From NCBI GenBank assembly GCA_030647355.1, contig JAUSIS010000013.1, forward strand, positions 113,117 through 177,116: a DNA stretch of 64,000 nt. The letters are read 5' to 3'. Both the position numbers and the translations under genes were made by a program. Position 1 is the stretch's first letter, and each line of letters starts with the position of its first letter. The notes below the pieces were generated by a model. That model was not told the DNA's origin. It did no database searches and saw nothing but the letters and a program-made list of their open reading frames with translations. Shown piece after piece: positions 1-9,627 of this stretch. Origin of the DNA: a bacterium (GTDB taxonomy: Bacteria > Patescibacteriota > UBA1384 > VFKW01).

Positions 1-1233
1 GCCTGTTTTATGGCAGCCCTGCTCACTTCCGACTATCAGAATTTAGATCGAATTACTATCGAAATTGAAGAATGCAACAGAATGGGCATGGAAGTCTTGG
101 CTCCAAATGTAAATGAGTCGTTCGTAGAATTTGGCGTCCTTAAAGAGACAAATAACATTAGCTTTGGTCTAGCTGCAATCAAAAATGTCGGGGTCGGTGT
201 CGCCAAAGCTATTGTAGATGAGAGGAAAGTTGCAGGCTCTTATCAATCTATAGAAGACTTTGCCTCAAGACTCGGTACTAATATAATGAATAAAAAAGTA
301 CTTGAGGCATTAATTAAATCAGGCGCCCTAGACTGTTTTGGTGAGCGAAACCAGCTATTAGCCGGTGTAGAATTAATTTTGAAGTTCACCTCAAATTTCG
401 AAAAAATGCTCTCATCGAGCCAGCTAGACCTGTTTACAAATACTAAAATACGCAGTAAAACCCAATCAGTCCCCTTCCCTCAAGTTACATCAGCCGATAA
501 AAAACAGATTCTAGCTTGGGAGAAAGAACTCTTAGGAATCTATCTCTCAGATCATCCTCTAAAAGCAATCCAAAATATTCTGCCAAAAATTGCTACTCCC
601 ATCAATCAGCTATCGGATAAAGTGGGATCAATCGAGCGAATAGGCGGAATCATAACAACTGTCAAAAAAATAATGACCAAAAACAATCAACCTATGATCT
701 TCATGAAATTGGAAGATTTATCCTCAAATATAGAGGTAGTAGTCTTTCCGCGCGCCTACGAAAACGTTGCCCAAGAATGCCAAGTAGATAGACTAGTCTG
801 CGTGGAAGGTAAAATTCAAAAGAAAGACAATGAGCTAAAAATAATCGCCGAGCAAATTGATGAAATCCCCTCCGACACCGAAAATTTAGTAAAATTAGAA
901 GTTAAATATCACAAGATATCTAAAGAAAACGGAAGTGAACCGAAGTTGTCAGAACCCGACGAACCCGAACCCAAAACAATAGAAACTCCTCCTTCCCCTC
1001 CGCTTGTGTTGCGGCTGGATCATTCTTCCAATAAAAAAACCCTTGAAGATATTAGACAAATCGTATCACAATATCCCGGCAATACTCCTCTAGTTCTGGA
1101 GATACCTCAAAATGATGAATACCAAAAAGTAAAAACGAAGACTAAAATTGAACTATCACCAGAGTTAATCGCTAAATTAGAGAATCTGCTCCCCAAAACA
1201 AATATTCTTACTCCAACCCTGGAAACTGATTAG
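1..1233 (+). CDS. dnaE: DNA polymerase III alpha subunit, C-terminal fragment (gene continues upstream of window)
   Basis: ORF open to the left edge. The ISFGLAAIKNVG segment resembles the DnaE C-terminal/OB-fold region (FGLGAIKGVG). AT-rich backbone composition. Confidence 0.65.
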   Translation, partial: ACFMAALLTSDYQNLDRITIEIEECNRMGMEVLAPNVNESFVEFGVLKETNNISFGLAAIKNVGVGVAKAIVDERKVAGSYQSIEDFASRLGTNIMNKKVLEALIKSGALDCFGERNQLLAGVELILKFTSNFEKMLSSSQLDLFTNTKIRSKTQSVPFPQVTSADKKQILAWEKELLGIYLSDHPLKAIQNILPKIATPINQLSDKVGSIERIGGIITTVKKIMTKNNQPMIFMKLEDLSSNIEVVVFPRAYENVAQECQVDRLVCVEGKIQKKDNELKIIAEQIDEIPSDTENLVKLEVKYHKISKENGSEPKLSEPDEPEPKTIETPPSPPLVLRLDHSSNKKTLEDIRQIVSQYPGNTPLVLEIPQNDEYQKVKTKTKIELSPELIAKLENLLPKTNILTPTLETD

Positions 1234-1790
1234 GTCTTAGTCTTTTTCGGCACTTCTTCTCCGAAACTATCTTGAAATTCTATTTTACCGGACATTTCAT
1301 TCTTCATCAGGTTGTGAGCTTTAACGATCTGCTGTTGCACATCATAAGGGTCAGTCACGCTTGCTAGTTCCATACCTTCATTAGAACTAGCGGTTTTGAT
1401 ATGTATCGTGCCGAAATTGATCATCATTTGTATCGGTCCTTTCATCTCTGTAGAAATATCTTGAATTCTATCCAGCTCCATTTCACTTATAACCCTGTGA
1501 AAAATACTGCTTTGATCAACCTTGATAATTCGCTGGTTAGTAAGCATATAATTGCTATTGGACCATAAATACCAACGATAGCCAACCAAAAAGCCAGCCG
1601 CTAGTACAAAAATGAACAGCAGATAAGAAAAGACACCGCTTGCACCAAACATAATTAAGGCAAATACAACTACATTTGCTAAAATTAAAATTATAATACC
1701 TGTTTTGGCAAAAACCCAAGCATTTTGCTTAACAATCAGAAGAACATCTTCATCATCCCTTTGCCCGCGAAATGTATAGTCTTCTGTCAA
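1230..1790 (-). CDS. Membrane protein with bacterial PH domain (bPH_2/YdbS-YdbT-like)
   Basis: Two N-terminal TM helices followed by the NQRIIKVD...TAS pattern typical of bPH_2. Apparent TTG start 3 nt after a GGAGGGG RBS. Confidence 0.5.
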   Translation of the reverse strand: MTEDYTFRGQRDDEDVLLIVKQNAWVFAKTGIIILILANVVVFALIMFGASGVFSYLLFIFVLAAGFLVGYRWYLWSNSNYMLTNQRIIKVDQSSIFHRVISEMELDRIQDISTEMKGPIQMMINFGTIHIKTASSNEGMELASVTDPYDVQQQIVKAHNLMKNEMSGKIEFQDSFGEEVPKKTKT

Positions 1791-1815
1791 AACCCCTCCA
1801 AGAATAATATGGTTA

Positions 1816-1982
1816 GTATATGTTGGTTAGTAAATAAATTGCCGGTAAGATACCGAATACCCAGATTGGCATCAAAGCAATAAAGAAGAGCAATAATATC
1901 GTGAGGGAAATCTTATTAACTAACAGTTGTGTATTATCTCCTTTAATGACTTTATTAATTATTATGATTCTGCTTTGCTTCA
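1816..1982 (-). CDS. Small hydrophobic protein (55 aa), translationally coupled to upstream transferase
   Basis: ORF MKQSRIIIINKV...LLTNIY not in the supplied track. Its ATG overlaps the TGA stop of the upstream gene (ATGA). Single predicted TM segment. Confidence 0.3.
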
Positions 1983-3122
1983 TCTATCCTTCTTAATTCT
2001 TCTGATCCATTCTAACATAACCAGCCCACCCGATAAAAAAAGCATCACCCCAATCAGCCAAATAAGAGCCCAAAATTTTCCTTCCGGACCGGTTCTCAAG
2101 GCAACATATCCAAAAATAATCGAACCGGCATACAGCATCAAAACAGTCTGTTTAACTGTCAACCCTGCTCGCATTAACCTGTGGTGAATATGATTTTGAT
2201 CTGCCTCAAAAGGTGATTTATGGTGAATCAGTCGGTTGCTGACGACCCATATACCATCCAAAAGAGGTAATCCCATAATAAGCGAGGCTGTCGCCACCTT
2301 TCCCCCGGAAATTATTGCCAGTATTGCCAACATATATCCCAAAAACATACTTCCGGTATCCCCCAGAAACATCCGAGCCGGACTAAAATTAAAAGGTAAA
2401 AAACCAAATACACTTCCGGCTAAAATTATCGCCAATATCGCAACTGCCGGTTGATTTATTCTAGGACTAATCGCCAACAAGAAGATCGCCAAAGTAGCAA
2501 TAATCACAACTCCACTGGCCAGTCCGTCTACCCCGTCTAGCCAATTCACCACATTCATTATTAAAACTATCCATAGCACAACAAATAGCTGTCCCCAGCT
2601 AAACGAAAAATTCCCAATTGTAAATATTGTCTGATCCAAATGAATGAGAGAATCAAAGGGATTATTAATCCAATTAATTGTCACCCCGAATCCTGCAACC
2701 GCAAACCCTGCTAAAAACTGAGCTAATAGTTTCCCAGACCACTTCACTCCTTTAATGTCGTCATAGAGCATCACCGAAGCGATTATCAAAGCCCCTAAGA
2801 GCACACCGAATAAATTTCTGTCCAAACCCCAAACCGTTTCATCAACGAACTTCAATCTATCGGCACTAAACACCAAAATCAAAGTGACCACCAGCCAAAA
2901 ACTGATGAATATTCCTAGCCCGCCGATTCTAGGCAGAGGTTTGGAATGTATATCGCGATCTCGCACTCTTTGAGTGATATTTTTCAAAATTGCCCATTTT
3001 CGCAACCGAAAACAAACAGCGAATGAAATAATTCCTACTGCAACTACTAGAAACAAATAAGACCAAACCATTTCCATTAATCCTCCGGGCAAATCATCAA
3101 TCAGCGTTTTACTTTGCCCCAA
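1980..3122 (-). CDS. Glycosyltransferase family 4, polyprenyl-phosphate sugar-phosphate transferase (MraY/WecA type)
   Basis: Multi-TM protein with a DD motif (MLYDDIKG), NVVNWLDGVDGLASG (NxxNxxDGxDGL) and an HIHHRL motif. Confidence 0.7.
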   Translation of the reverse strand: MGQSKTLIDDLPGGLMEMVWSYLFLVVAVGIISFAVCFRLRKWAILKNITQRVRDRDIHSKPLPRIGGLGIFISFWLVVTLILVFSADRLKFVDETVWGLDRNLFGVLLGALIIASVMLYDDIKGVKWSGKLLAQFLAGFAVAGFGVTINWINNPFDSLIHLDQTIFTIGNFSFSWGQLFVVLWIVLIMNVVNWLDGVDGLASGVVIIATLAIFLLAISPRINQPAVAILAIILAGSVFGFLPFNFSPARMFLGDTGSMFLGYMLAILAIISGGKVATASLIMGLPLLDGIWVVSNRLIHHKSPFEADQNHIHHRLMRAGLTVKQTVLMLYAGSIIFGYVALRTGPEGKFWALIWLIGVMLFLSGGLVMLEWIRRIKKDR

Positions 3123-3694
3123 TCGGTGCCATGCATAATTTGGGAAATTACCAAATCATAATCTAGGATTTCTTCTTTTTTAAACCATAACTCAATCTCA
3201 CACTTGGCTTCCTCAACCGAACCGGAAGCATGAACTAATGTTTGCATTGATCTACCTAGTTTGTCAGCTACACTATATGACTCTTGAGAATAGTCGCCCC
3301 TGATACTGCCTAAATCGGCAGTTAATGGATTGGTAGTTCCAACCGTCTTCCTGCCAAGTTCAACAGCATGCGCACCTTCCCATATCATCGCTAACATTGG
3401 TCGCCCGCTGTAATACTCGATTAGCCCCTCGCGTATCTGGGTAGCCAGTTCGCGGGGTGTTAAATCAATTTTATTTCCCCACGCTTCGTGTCCTTTGAGT
3501 GCGTTCGTCCCCGTTGGAATAAGCCACGCATCATCATTAGGATAATGTTTGCCAATAAGCTCTTCCGTCGGTGCAATTAATTTCGCCGCAACCAGTTTAA
3601 GACCCCTGCGCTCGAATCTGGTTATTAACTCGCCGATTAATTGCCGCTGAACCGACTCCGGTTTAATCGCAATAAACGTCTGCTCTTTTACCAT
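3101..3694 (-). CDS. ndk: Nucleoside diphosphate kinase, with an internal insertion
   Basis: IAIKPESVQRQLIGELITRFERRGLKLVA, a catalytic His in LVHASGS, and EEAKCEIELWF. Confidence 0.85.
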   Translation of the reverse strand: MVKEQTFIAIKPESVQRQLIGELITRFERRGLKLVAAKLIAPTEELIGKHYPNDDAWLIPTGTNALKGHEAWGNKIDLTPRELATQIREGLIEYYSGRPMLAMIWEGAHAVELGRKTVGTTNPLTADLGSIRGDYSQESYSVADKLGRSMQTLVHASGSVEEAKCEIELWFKKEEILDYDLVISQIMHGTDWGKVKR

Positions 3695-3746
3695 CTATCC
3701 TCCAAAAATCAACTACTTATTATATATTCTAATACATTTTATTCAA

Positions 3747-5018
3747 TCAGTCCATATCAAGTAGAGATTGTAGTTTGTTCCCATCCTTAAGCGGAGCGAC
3801 AATAGCCAAGTTCAAGTTCTTATTAATAAATATTCGTTTGGCAACCCTCATCACATCTTCTGCTGTCACACTTTCAATCTTCTTAATAACTTGATCGGCA
3901 GTCAATACTTCAGGCATTAAAAGCTCCTGCCTACCGAACCAGCCAGAGACGCTATCTGTATCATCCATGGACAAACTTATCGCGCCCTTTAGATAATCTT
4001 TGGCTTTTTGCAATTCGTCAGGGCGGACAATCACATCCCGCAGTAATTTAAATTCCTTAATCACCCCCTCTATCGCTTCCTCTAATTTACCTAAATTTAA
4101 TCCTGCATGCACGATCAATGCGCCAGTGTCCTCATATGATTCGATATGTGATGAAATGTGATAAGCCAAACCTTTTTCTTCCCGTATCTTTAAAAATAAT
4201 CGAGAACTCATCCCTTGACCCAAAATACAGTTAAGCAAATTCCAAGTGTATCGATCAGGATCGGTGTTCCCAAAACCTCTTACACCTAAAGCTAAATGCG
4301 CCTGATCAGTCTGCTTAAAATAAACCGATTTCTTGGGTTCTTTCTGTACTTCATACGCCTTCTTTGAAACAAGAATCTTACCATTAGTAGCTTTACCAAA
4401 AATACTACCAAAACCGTCAACCACTTTCTGATGGGTAATATTCCCGGCAACTGATATAACAATAGAGTTACCTTGATAGAAACTATTCAGGTACGAAATA
4501 AAATCTTTCCGCTTGATATTCTGAATATTGTTCTTACTGCCAACTATTGGCCAGCCCAATGGCTGATCGGGCCACATTAAACCAATAAGAAGTTCATATA
4601 CATGACTAGGCGGGTCATCGTAACGGCGGTTAATTTCTTCCACGATCACTCCGCGCTCCCGATCAATCGCTTCTTTCTCTAATAGAGAACTAAAAACCAT
4701 TTCCCCTAGTACTTCAAATCCGCGTTTGGCAAACTCAAAAGGTAACAAATTCCAATACGCTGTATGATCCTGATCTGTCCAGGCATTCAATTGACCGCCT
4801 ACACCTTCAATTGCTCTAGCAATATCTGCTTGGCCAGGATATTTCTTGGTGCCCTTAAAAAGCATATGCTCCAGAAAATGTGAAATACCGTTTATCTTCT
4901 CCGTCTCATAACGGCTCCCCGCTTTTACATATACCGTAGTTGCCAGCGAACGCATATGCGGCATCTCCGATGTCAAAATTCTTACCCCATTTGCTAAAAT
5001 CGTTTTTTTATAATCCAT
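3747..5018 (-). CDS. M16 family zinc peptidase (pitrilysin-like)
   Basis: Inverted zincin motif HFLEHMLFKGT (HxxEH) near the N-terminus. Length and architecture typical of M16. Confidence 0.8.
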   Translation of the reverse strand: MDYKKTILANGVRILTSEMPHMRSLATTVYVKAGSRYETEKINGISHFLEHMLFKGTKKYPGQADIARAIEGVGGQLNAWTDQDHTAYWNLLPFEFAKRGFEVLGEMVFSSLLEKEAIDRERGVIVEEINRRYDDPPSHVYELLIGLMWPDQPLGWPIVGSKNNIQNIKRKDFISYLNSFYQGNSIVISVAGNITHQKVVDGFGSIFGKATNGKILVSKKAYEVQKEPKKSVYFKQTDQAHLALGVRGFGNTDPDRYTWNLLNCILGQGMSSRLFLKIREEKGLAYHISSHIESYEDTGALIVHAGLNLGKLEEAIEGVIKEFKLLRDVIVRPDELQKAKDYLKGAISLSMDDTDSVSGWFGRQELLMPEVLTADQVIKKIESVTAEDVMRVAKRIFINKNLNLAIVAPLKDGNKLQSLLDMD

Positions 5019-5210
5019 TCGTACTTCCTTTGTTTAATATTAGATGAATTAGTGTAAGCAATCAAGGACACTAAAAATATTACGATAATTAAATATATAT
5101 ATTAGGAGGAACAATTAAAAAACGCCAATATAAACGCCAAAAGATTTGACACTTGACAATACAAATAATAAACTAGATATAGATAATAAAATAAGCAACT
5201 GGGAGGGGAT

Positions 5211-6668
5211 ATGTCACTAAGCGCGCCTTTGGATAAAATAATTCCACTAACTGACGCTCGAGATAATTTCTCAAAAATAGTTTCCGAAATAGAGAAAACT
5301 ACTGAAGGCATGTATGTCCTAACCAAAGGCGGCAAACCGTCCGTAGCTATTATCAATATTAATTATTTAGAACGCTTAACCGGCGGTCCATTAATCAAGC
5401 CAAGCGAAGAAAATGAGCAAACAGCTGACGAAGCCGATACCCCAAGCGATGAATCATCCAAACTGGCAAAATTTGACGATAAGTCAGCAGATAAACAAAA
5501 CGATACCAAACAAGACGACGATATTAAAAAAACTCCGACCGGTTTCATAAAACCCGCAATACCCAATACTCCATCATTTACCCCCCCGCCTGCTATAAAA
5601 CCCATCATTCCCATTACCCCCTCTAGCCCTCCAGCCACCCCAACTCCCTCTCCGTCAACTTCCACACCCTCTACACCAAAACCTCCCACACTGGCGCCAC
5701 CCCAACCGCCAATTATAAAACCGGCACCATTTACCCCTCAAGCACCATTCAAACCAACCACCCCCCCGCCTGCCGTCCCATCTCCAAGTACCAATAATCC
5801 TCCGGCACCTACCCCTAAACCACAAGTCAACAACCTCGCTTCCAGTATGAAAACCCCGCCGGCGATCGCCGCTGTTCAAGCGCAGACCCAAACTCCCCCT
5901 GCTCCATCGCCAACCCCGCCCCCGCCAAAAATAAATCCTACCTGGTTAAATCCGGCGCCTCCCACTCCGCCAGCTCCGCCAACCAACCAAACCCCTCCTG
6001 CACAACCGGCCAGCCAACCAATATCGCCGACCGCCGTCTCGACACCCCCCCTGCCGACACCCAAGAATAATACACCAACCCCTGTAACCGCCAATCCAAG
6101 TGGAGCACCTACCCAATCTCCGTCCGCCCCAGGTATACCCCAACCACAACCAACACCTTTTAACGTTCCGAACCAGACACCACCCGCAGCGCCAAAAATA
6201 AATCCTACTTGGCTAAATCCAGCAGCGCCTACCCCTCCCGCTAACCAACCAGCCAGTATGCCGCCAACCCCCCCACCCGCCGCTTCTATCCCAACCAATC
6301 CAACACCACCCATTACCAACCAACCTCCACAACAACCTGCAAAACCCTACAGCCCGCAATTTAACTCCGGAAGCGGTGCTGCTCGAACATTAAGTGTCAA
6401 CCAACCAACTACTGCTCCGACCCCTAACACACCAACCCCGACATCCCCAGTTGCAACAGTCCCCGCCCAAACACCTCCCACCCAAGCTCCCCAAAACCCG
6501 CCAATATCCCCTCCCCCCATCACAAATACGGTTGCCATGACACCCCCGACAACTCCAACTCAACCAGCTACTCCAGCACCCTCTAATCCCACACCCCCCC
6601 AAACTCCACCGATACCTCCCCCGCCTGCTCCTCCTGCAGCCAATTCAGTATCAGATATGGAAATATAG
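5211..6668 (+). CDS. Phd/YefM antitoxin-like N-terminal domain fused to a ~400-aa Pro/Thr-rich low-complexity tail
   Basis: N-terminus LTDARDNFSKIVSEIEKTTEGMYVLTKGGKPSVAIININYLERL matches the YefM/Phd fold. The remainder is P/T/A-rich with an internal repeat, (P/A)PKINPTWLNPA(P/A)PTPPA, present twice. Confidence 0.55.
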   Translation: MSLSAPLDKIIPLTDARDNFSKIVSEIEKTTEGMYVLTKGGKPSVAIININYLERLTGGPLIKPSEENEQTADEADTPSDESSKLAKFDDKSADKQNDTKQDDDIKKTPTGFIKPAIPNTPSFTPPPAIKPIIPITPSSPPATPTPSPSTSTPSTPKPPTLAPPQPPIIKPAPFTPQAPFKPTTPPPAVPSPSTNNPPAPTPKPQVNNLASSMKTPPAIAAVQAQTQTPPAPSPTPPPPKINPTWLNPAPPTPPAPPTNQTPPAQPASQPISPTAVSTPPLPTPKNNTPTPVTANPSGAPTQSPSAPGIPQPQPTPFNVPNQTPPAAPKINPTWLNPAAPTPPANQPASMPPTPPPAASIPTNPTPPITNQPPQQPAKPYSPQFNSGSGAARTLSVNQPTTAPTPNTPTPTSPVATVPAQTPPTQAPQNPPISPPPITNTVAMTPPTTPTQPATPAPSNPTPPQTPPIPPPPAPPAANSVSDMEI

Positions 6669-6720
6669 ACCCATAACAAAACCACCAGCAAAGCTGGTGG
6701 TTTTTGGTTAAACAGCAAAT

Positions 6721-7332
6721 CTAGTGTTTTTTGAAATGTTTCATCACATACCAAACAATCGCCAACAATATGGCTACGATAATAATATAATCGAATCCGT
6801 GAAATGTACTTCTGATTGAATCCCAATTATCACCCAACACTACACCGACATAAGCCAATCCTAGCGTCCAAGGCAACGACCCCAAAAAGGTATACACAAT
6901 AAAACGTTTGAAATGCATTTTACTAATTCCGGCTGGAAGTGAAATAAAAGTCCGAACCACCGGTAGTAATCTCGAAATAAATATCGCCCACTCCCCGTAA
7001 CGACTAAACCACTTATCAGCTCTCTCAAGATCGCGATTAGATACAAAAATAAACCTACCATATTTTTCAACTAATGGACGCCCGCCCCAAGCTCCTAACC
7101 AATACGACACCGAAGACCCGATCACGCACCCCACTGCGCCTGCCACTCCGACTAACCAGAGATTCATTACTCCCCTACTAACCAAAAATCCCGAAAAAGG
7201 CATTATTACTTCTGAAGGCAGGGGAATATTCGCACTTTCTATTGCCATCAAACCAACCACTCCGCCATATCCGGTTGCCCGAATAACATGAATGATAAAA
7301 TTTCCCAGTGTTGTCAAAATCGCTTCAACCAT
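6721..7332 (-). CDS. DedA/SNARE-associated family membrane protein
   Basis: GYGGVVGLMAIESANIPLPSE...RLLPVVRTFISLPAGISKM is a typical DedA core. Confidence 0.8.
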   Translation of the reverse strand: MVEAILTTLGNFIIHVIRATGYGGVVGLMAIESANIPLPSEVIMPFSGFLVSRGVMNLWLVGVAGAVGCVIGSSVSYWLGAWGGRPLVEKYGRFIFVSNRDLERADKWFSRYGEWAIFISRLLPVVRTFISLPAGISKMHFKRFIVYTFLGSLPWTLGLAYVGVVLGDNWDSIRSTFHGFDYIIIVAILLAIVWYVMKHFKKH

Positions 7333-7340
7333 CTATTCTC

Positions 7341-7943
7341 CTATCTAGACCGATAATGAAATAATGTAAAAACTCCAAGCGCCGTAATAAGACCCACCAA
7401 TGAGCCGGCAATTACCTGCAAGAGAGAATGCCTTTTTCTGTGTATACGAGACCATCCAACCGGGATCAGAAAAAAATACAAAATTAAAGCATATGGGTTA
7501 TATAGATAAGCCAACAATGTCACTACAGAAGAAAAGGCCATTGTGTGCAGACTGATCTTCCAAAAAACTGTAACAAATATAATAATTACCAGCTCGCTTA
7601 TCAGAGTAATACCCATAATAGTCAACGCCGCCGGAGCATCCTTTCTAAGCAAAACCCAGGTACCGATAACGGCACCGATAAGAGCAATCGCCAGCGGACG
7701 TAATCTTTCTTCCCTTTCACTTAAATTTAACCCGCGGACATTACCCTTATGAAAAGCCCAGTAGACATATGCCGAAGCCGGACCAATCAAGATAAAAATC
7801 CCAAGCAGCGCCCATATCCAAAAATACTCATAACGCGACTCGTAATATACCGAGATCGCTAGTATCGCCAGTCCTGCAACCAAAGGCGGAGAAAAGACAG
7901 CCGATATCATAAAAGCTAATCTGTCTTTTATTGTTTTTGTCAT
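7341..7943 (-). CDS. Membrane protein, divergent PAP2-like phosphatase
   Basis: Multi-TM protein. KISLHT and SRIHRKRHSLLQ resemble PAP2 motifs 2 and 3 (PSGH, SRx5Hx3D). Stop/start overlap with the next PAP2 gene. Confidence 0.4.
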   Translation of the reverse strand: MTKTIKDRLAFMISAVFSPPLVAGLAILAISVYYESRYEYFWIWALLGIFILIGPASAYVYWAFHKGNVRGLNLSEREERLRPLAIALIGAVIGTWVLLRKDAPAALTIMGITLISELVIIIFVTVFWKISLHTMAFSSVVTLLAYLYNPYALILYFFLIPVGWSRIHRKRHSLLQVIAGSLVGLITALGVFTLFHYRSR

Positions 7944-8518
7944 AATCTAAACCTCTTCAAAAATCCCAATACAGGCACTGCTAAATACCTATCCAAATAC
8001 TCATCAATCAGCCAGAATAATACTGCCGCAATACACCCAACAATAGCTCCTACAATTACATCAAGAGGATAATGCACCCCGACAAACACTCTTGTAATAC
8101 TTATAATCCCTGCAATAATAAACATAATATTTCCCAACCTCTTGTAACCATGTAAGCGCATTGATAAGGCTAAGGCAAAAAGCAAAGCAGCATGATCCGA
8201 AGGAAAAGATGTATCGGGCCTGTGAAACAATAATTCTTGAGTGCCCGCAAATGCCTCCGGCCTTGGACGATTTACCAATAGCGCCAAAGCTTTGCCGAAA
8301 ACCAGCCATCCAAAAACCGCCGCAACAACAGATTTAAATACTGCCTTTTTAGTCGGGGCAGACCAAAACCATAAAACCAAAAGTAATATAGGCAATCCAT
8401 AAATCAAATACTGGGCTAAAAAAATCCAAACTTGGTTTAACCAGTGATTTTTATCAACCAGCTCTTGAATCGAAATCAAGAATCTACCATCAAATTCAAA
8501 AATCTTACCCATAAACAT
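7940..8518 (-). CDS. PAP2 family phosphatase (BcrC/PgpB-like)
   Basis: Motif 1 VNRPRP, motif 2 FPSDHA and motif 3 SRVFVGVHYPLD are all present. Confidence 0.7.
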   Translation of the reverse strand: MFMGKIFEFDGRFLISIQELVDKNHWLNQVWIFLAQYLIYGLPILLLVLWFWSAPTKKAVFKSVVAAVFGWLVFGKALALLVNRPRPEAFAGTQELLFHRPDTSFPSDHAALLFALALSMRLHGYKRLGNIMFIIAGIISITRVFVGVHYPLDVIVGAIVGCIAAVLFWLIDEYLDRYLAVPVLGFLKRFRL

Positions 8519-8623
8519 ATCTTAACATTATTAAAAAGCAATTCCAACAAATTACTCTACACCACAATCTTTCTTGCAGCATAGATTAATATGTCGTACA
8601 ATCTATATATACAAGGAGGATTC

Positions 8624-9577
8624 ATGGATCTCAATTCAGCTATTAGGCAATTTCTTGAATATTGCGAGCTCGAAAAAGGACATTCGCCTTTGACAATCAG
8701 GAATTACTCACAATACCTGGAGCGCTTCCATGCATGGGCAAACTTACAGAATATATCAAAACTAGAAGAAATCACTCAGGACACTATAAGGCAATACCGG
8801 CTGTATTTAAATCGAATCCAAGATGAAAACGGCAACAATCTAAAAAAAATCACCATCAATTATCATCTTATAGCCCTGCGCTCGTTTCTGAAATTTATCA
8901 GTAAAAAAGATTTGGCTCAAACTCTGCAAGCAGAAAAAATTGAACTTGCCGATACCGATGAAAGACAAATCAGCTTTCTTAGTCCGGAAGAAGTTGAAAC
9001 ATTGTTAAATCAACCTAATCAAAGCTCAATAATCGGCTTGCGGGATAAAGCAATCCTGGAAACCCTATATTCAACCGGCTTGCGCGTCAGCGAATTAGTC
9101 AATCTTAAACGCGATCAAATCAACATCGAAAAAGGAGAATTTGCAGTCCTTGGTAAGGGCGGCAAGGTTAGAGTTGTCTTCCTTTCCGATCGAGCAAAGA
9201 TTTGTCTTAAGCAATTCCTCGCTAGGCGTAGCGACACTGACGACTATGTCTTTATTCGTTTTGGACGTAAGAAAAACCCGGCATTGCAAATAGGAACTGA
9301 AGAATTAAAACTAACCTCGCGTACAATTCAGAGAATTATCCATCATTATGCAGTAAAAGCGGGCATCATAAAGCCGGTTACACCTCATGTCCTGCGCCAT
9401 AGCTTTGCCACCGACCTACTTTCCAACGGTGCCGACCTTCGTAGCGTCCAAACTCTTCTCGGTCACTCTTCTGTCACCACAACCCAAATCTACACTCACG
9501 TGACAGACCCCCAATTAAAAGAAATTCATAAGCAATTCCACGGCAAAACACTAAAGACACCTCTGGAAAAGAATTAA
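8624..9577 (+). CDS. Tyrosine recombinase XerC/XerD family
   Basis: LRVSEL, HVLRHSFAT and LLGHSSVTTTQIYTHV catalytic-region motifs. RTIQRIIHHYAVKAGI is XerD-like. AAGGAGGA RBS before ATG at 8624. Confidence 0.8.
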   Translation: MDLNSAIRQFLEYCELEKGHSPLTIRNYSQYLERFHAWANLQNISKLEEITQDTIRQYRLYLNRIQDENGNNLKKITINYHLIALRSFLKFISKKDLAQTLQAEKIELADTDERQISFLSPEEVETLLNQPNQSSIIGLRDKAILETLYSTGLRVSELVNLKRDQINIEKGEFAVLGKGGKVRVVFLSDRAKICLKQFLARRSDTDDYVFIRFGRKKNPALQIGTEELKLTSRTIQRIIHHYAVKAGIIKPVTPHVLRHSFATDLLSNGADLRSVQTLLGHSSVTTTQIYTHVTDPQLKEIHKQFHGKTLKTPLEKN

Positions 9578-9591
9578 TATTGGAAAATAAT

Positions 9592-9627
9592 TAGCAAAAA
9601 AAGAAGGACCCCGCCGGTCCTTTTCAT
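9592..9627. terminator. Bidirectional intrinsic terminator between xerD-like gene and GC-rich cassette
   Basis: A7 - GGACCCCGCCGGTCC - TTTTCAT. Confidence 0.55.

Noticed and set aside
5363-6826. Series of Gly/Trp/Arg-rich minus-strand ORFs (5363-5689, 5655-5891, 5876-6319, 5946-6149, 6347-6538, 6390-6602, 6560-6826)
   Set aside because: They are antisense to the Pro/Thr-rich region of the 5211-6668 gene. The GGN/CCN periodicity of the Pro-codon run generates long open frames on the opposite strand. They have no RBS and low-complexity composition, so they are spurious.
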